Shown one piece after another: positions 63,432 through 64,000 of a stretch of 64,000 nucleotides of DNA. The position numbers and the translations under genes are program-made. The stretch's first letter is position 1; each line of letters starts with the position of its first letter. This DNA is from Chiloscyllium plagiosum (Eukaryota), in NCBI RefSeq assembly GCF_004010195.1, contig NC_057720.1, positions 13,111,722-13,175,721 on the forward strand. Direction: 5' to 3'. The notes under the pieces are model-generated. The model was not told the origin of the DNA, ran no database searches, and worked only from the letters and a program-made list of their open reading frames with translations.

Positions 63432-63941
63432 TAGATTAGATTACTTACCACTGTCAGTGGAAACAGGCCCTTCGGTCCAACAAGTCCACACCGACCCTCT
63501 GAAGAGCAACACACCCAGACCCATTCCCCAACATTTACCCCTTCACCTAATCACCGTGCTGTGGGCGGCACGGTGGCACAGTGGTTAGCACTGCTGCCTC
63601 ACAGAGCCAGAGACCCAGGTTCAATTCCCGCCTCAGGCGACTGACTGTGTGGAGTTTGCACATTCTCCCCGTGTCTGCGTGGGTTTCCTCCAGGTACTCC
63701 GGTTTCCTCCCACAGTCCAAAGATGTGCAGATCAGGTGAATTGGCCATGTTAAATTGCCCGTAGTGTTAGGTAAGGGGTAAATGTAGGGGTATGGGTGGG
63801 TTGCGCTTCGGCGGGGCGGTGTGGACTTGTTGGGCCGAAGGGCCTGTTTCCACACTGTCAGTAATTTAATCTAATCACTACGGGCCATTTAGCATGGCCA
63901 ATTCACCTAACCTGCACATTTTTGGACTGGGAGGAAACTGG
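63432..63941 (-). mobile_element. HE1/V-SINE (minus) interrupted by a plus-strand SINE
   Basis: Tail at 63432-63550; V-domain resumes at 63879. Confidence 0.88.
63563..63875 (+). mobile_element. Full-length young HE1/V-SINE
   Basis: GGGCGGCACGGTGGCACAGTGGTTAGC (A box), GGTTCAATTCC (B box); TSD CTAATCAC at 63547-63554 and 63871-63878. Confidence 0.94.
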
Positions 63942-64000
63942 AAATTGTGTGCTTTTTCAGCAAAATAGAATATATCTGCGAATCCAATTCTGCAAATGCA

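Larger units (their letters stand above)
345..64000 (+). other. HS2ST1: HS2ST1 intron 1 (continues beyond the window)
   Basis: No sequence encoding the expected next residues (RAIARHEVREIEQ...YNRVPKTASTS) was seen by eye; the region is repeat-dense. Confidence 0.8.

Noticed and set aside
63563..63635. tRNA-like A/B boxes as tRNA genes
   Set aside because: SINE heads followed by a V-domain and LINE-derived tail.
345..64000. HS2ST1 exon 2 or a nested host gene
   Set aside because: No matching coding sequence was found by eye and the remaining short ORFs lack recognisable homology; small exons could have been missed.

Overview
This is vertebrate genomic DNA from a cartilaginous fish; the HE1/V-SINE, CR1 and Penelope repeat families point to a shark. 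The only host coding sequence I can support is exon 1 of HS2ST1 (heparan sulfate 2-O-sulfotransferase 1; 221-344, + strand, followed by a GTAAGT donor). The rest of the window appears to be its large first intron; I found no exon 2. The intron is filled with decayed CR1 LINEs (two retain ORF1 esterase), Rex1/Babar and L2-like fragments, about a dozen HE1/V-SINEs, a DeuSINE, three solo LTRs, two Tigger/pogo-type MITEs and many Penelope-like element (PLE) pieces. The most interesting signal is non-coding. The PLE termini carry minimal type-I hammerhead ribozyme motifs (CTGANGA-stem II-GAAA-CGT-C), and three sense-strand copies have intact cores. Four short TSD-flanked fold-back mini-elements have their inversion point in or beside the ribozyme. 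PLE hammerheads are known in general; the fold-back architecture and any effect on the HS2ST1 pre-mRNA are inference. Repeat boundaries were read by eye and are approximate unless a TSD is quoted.
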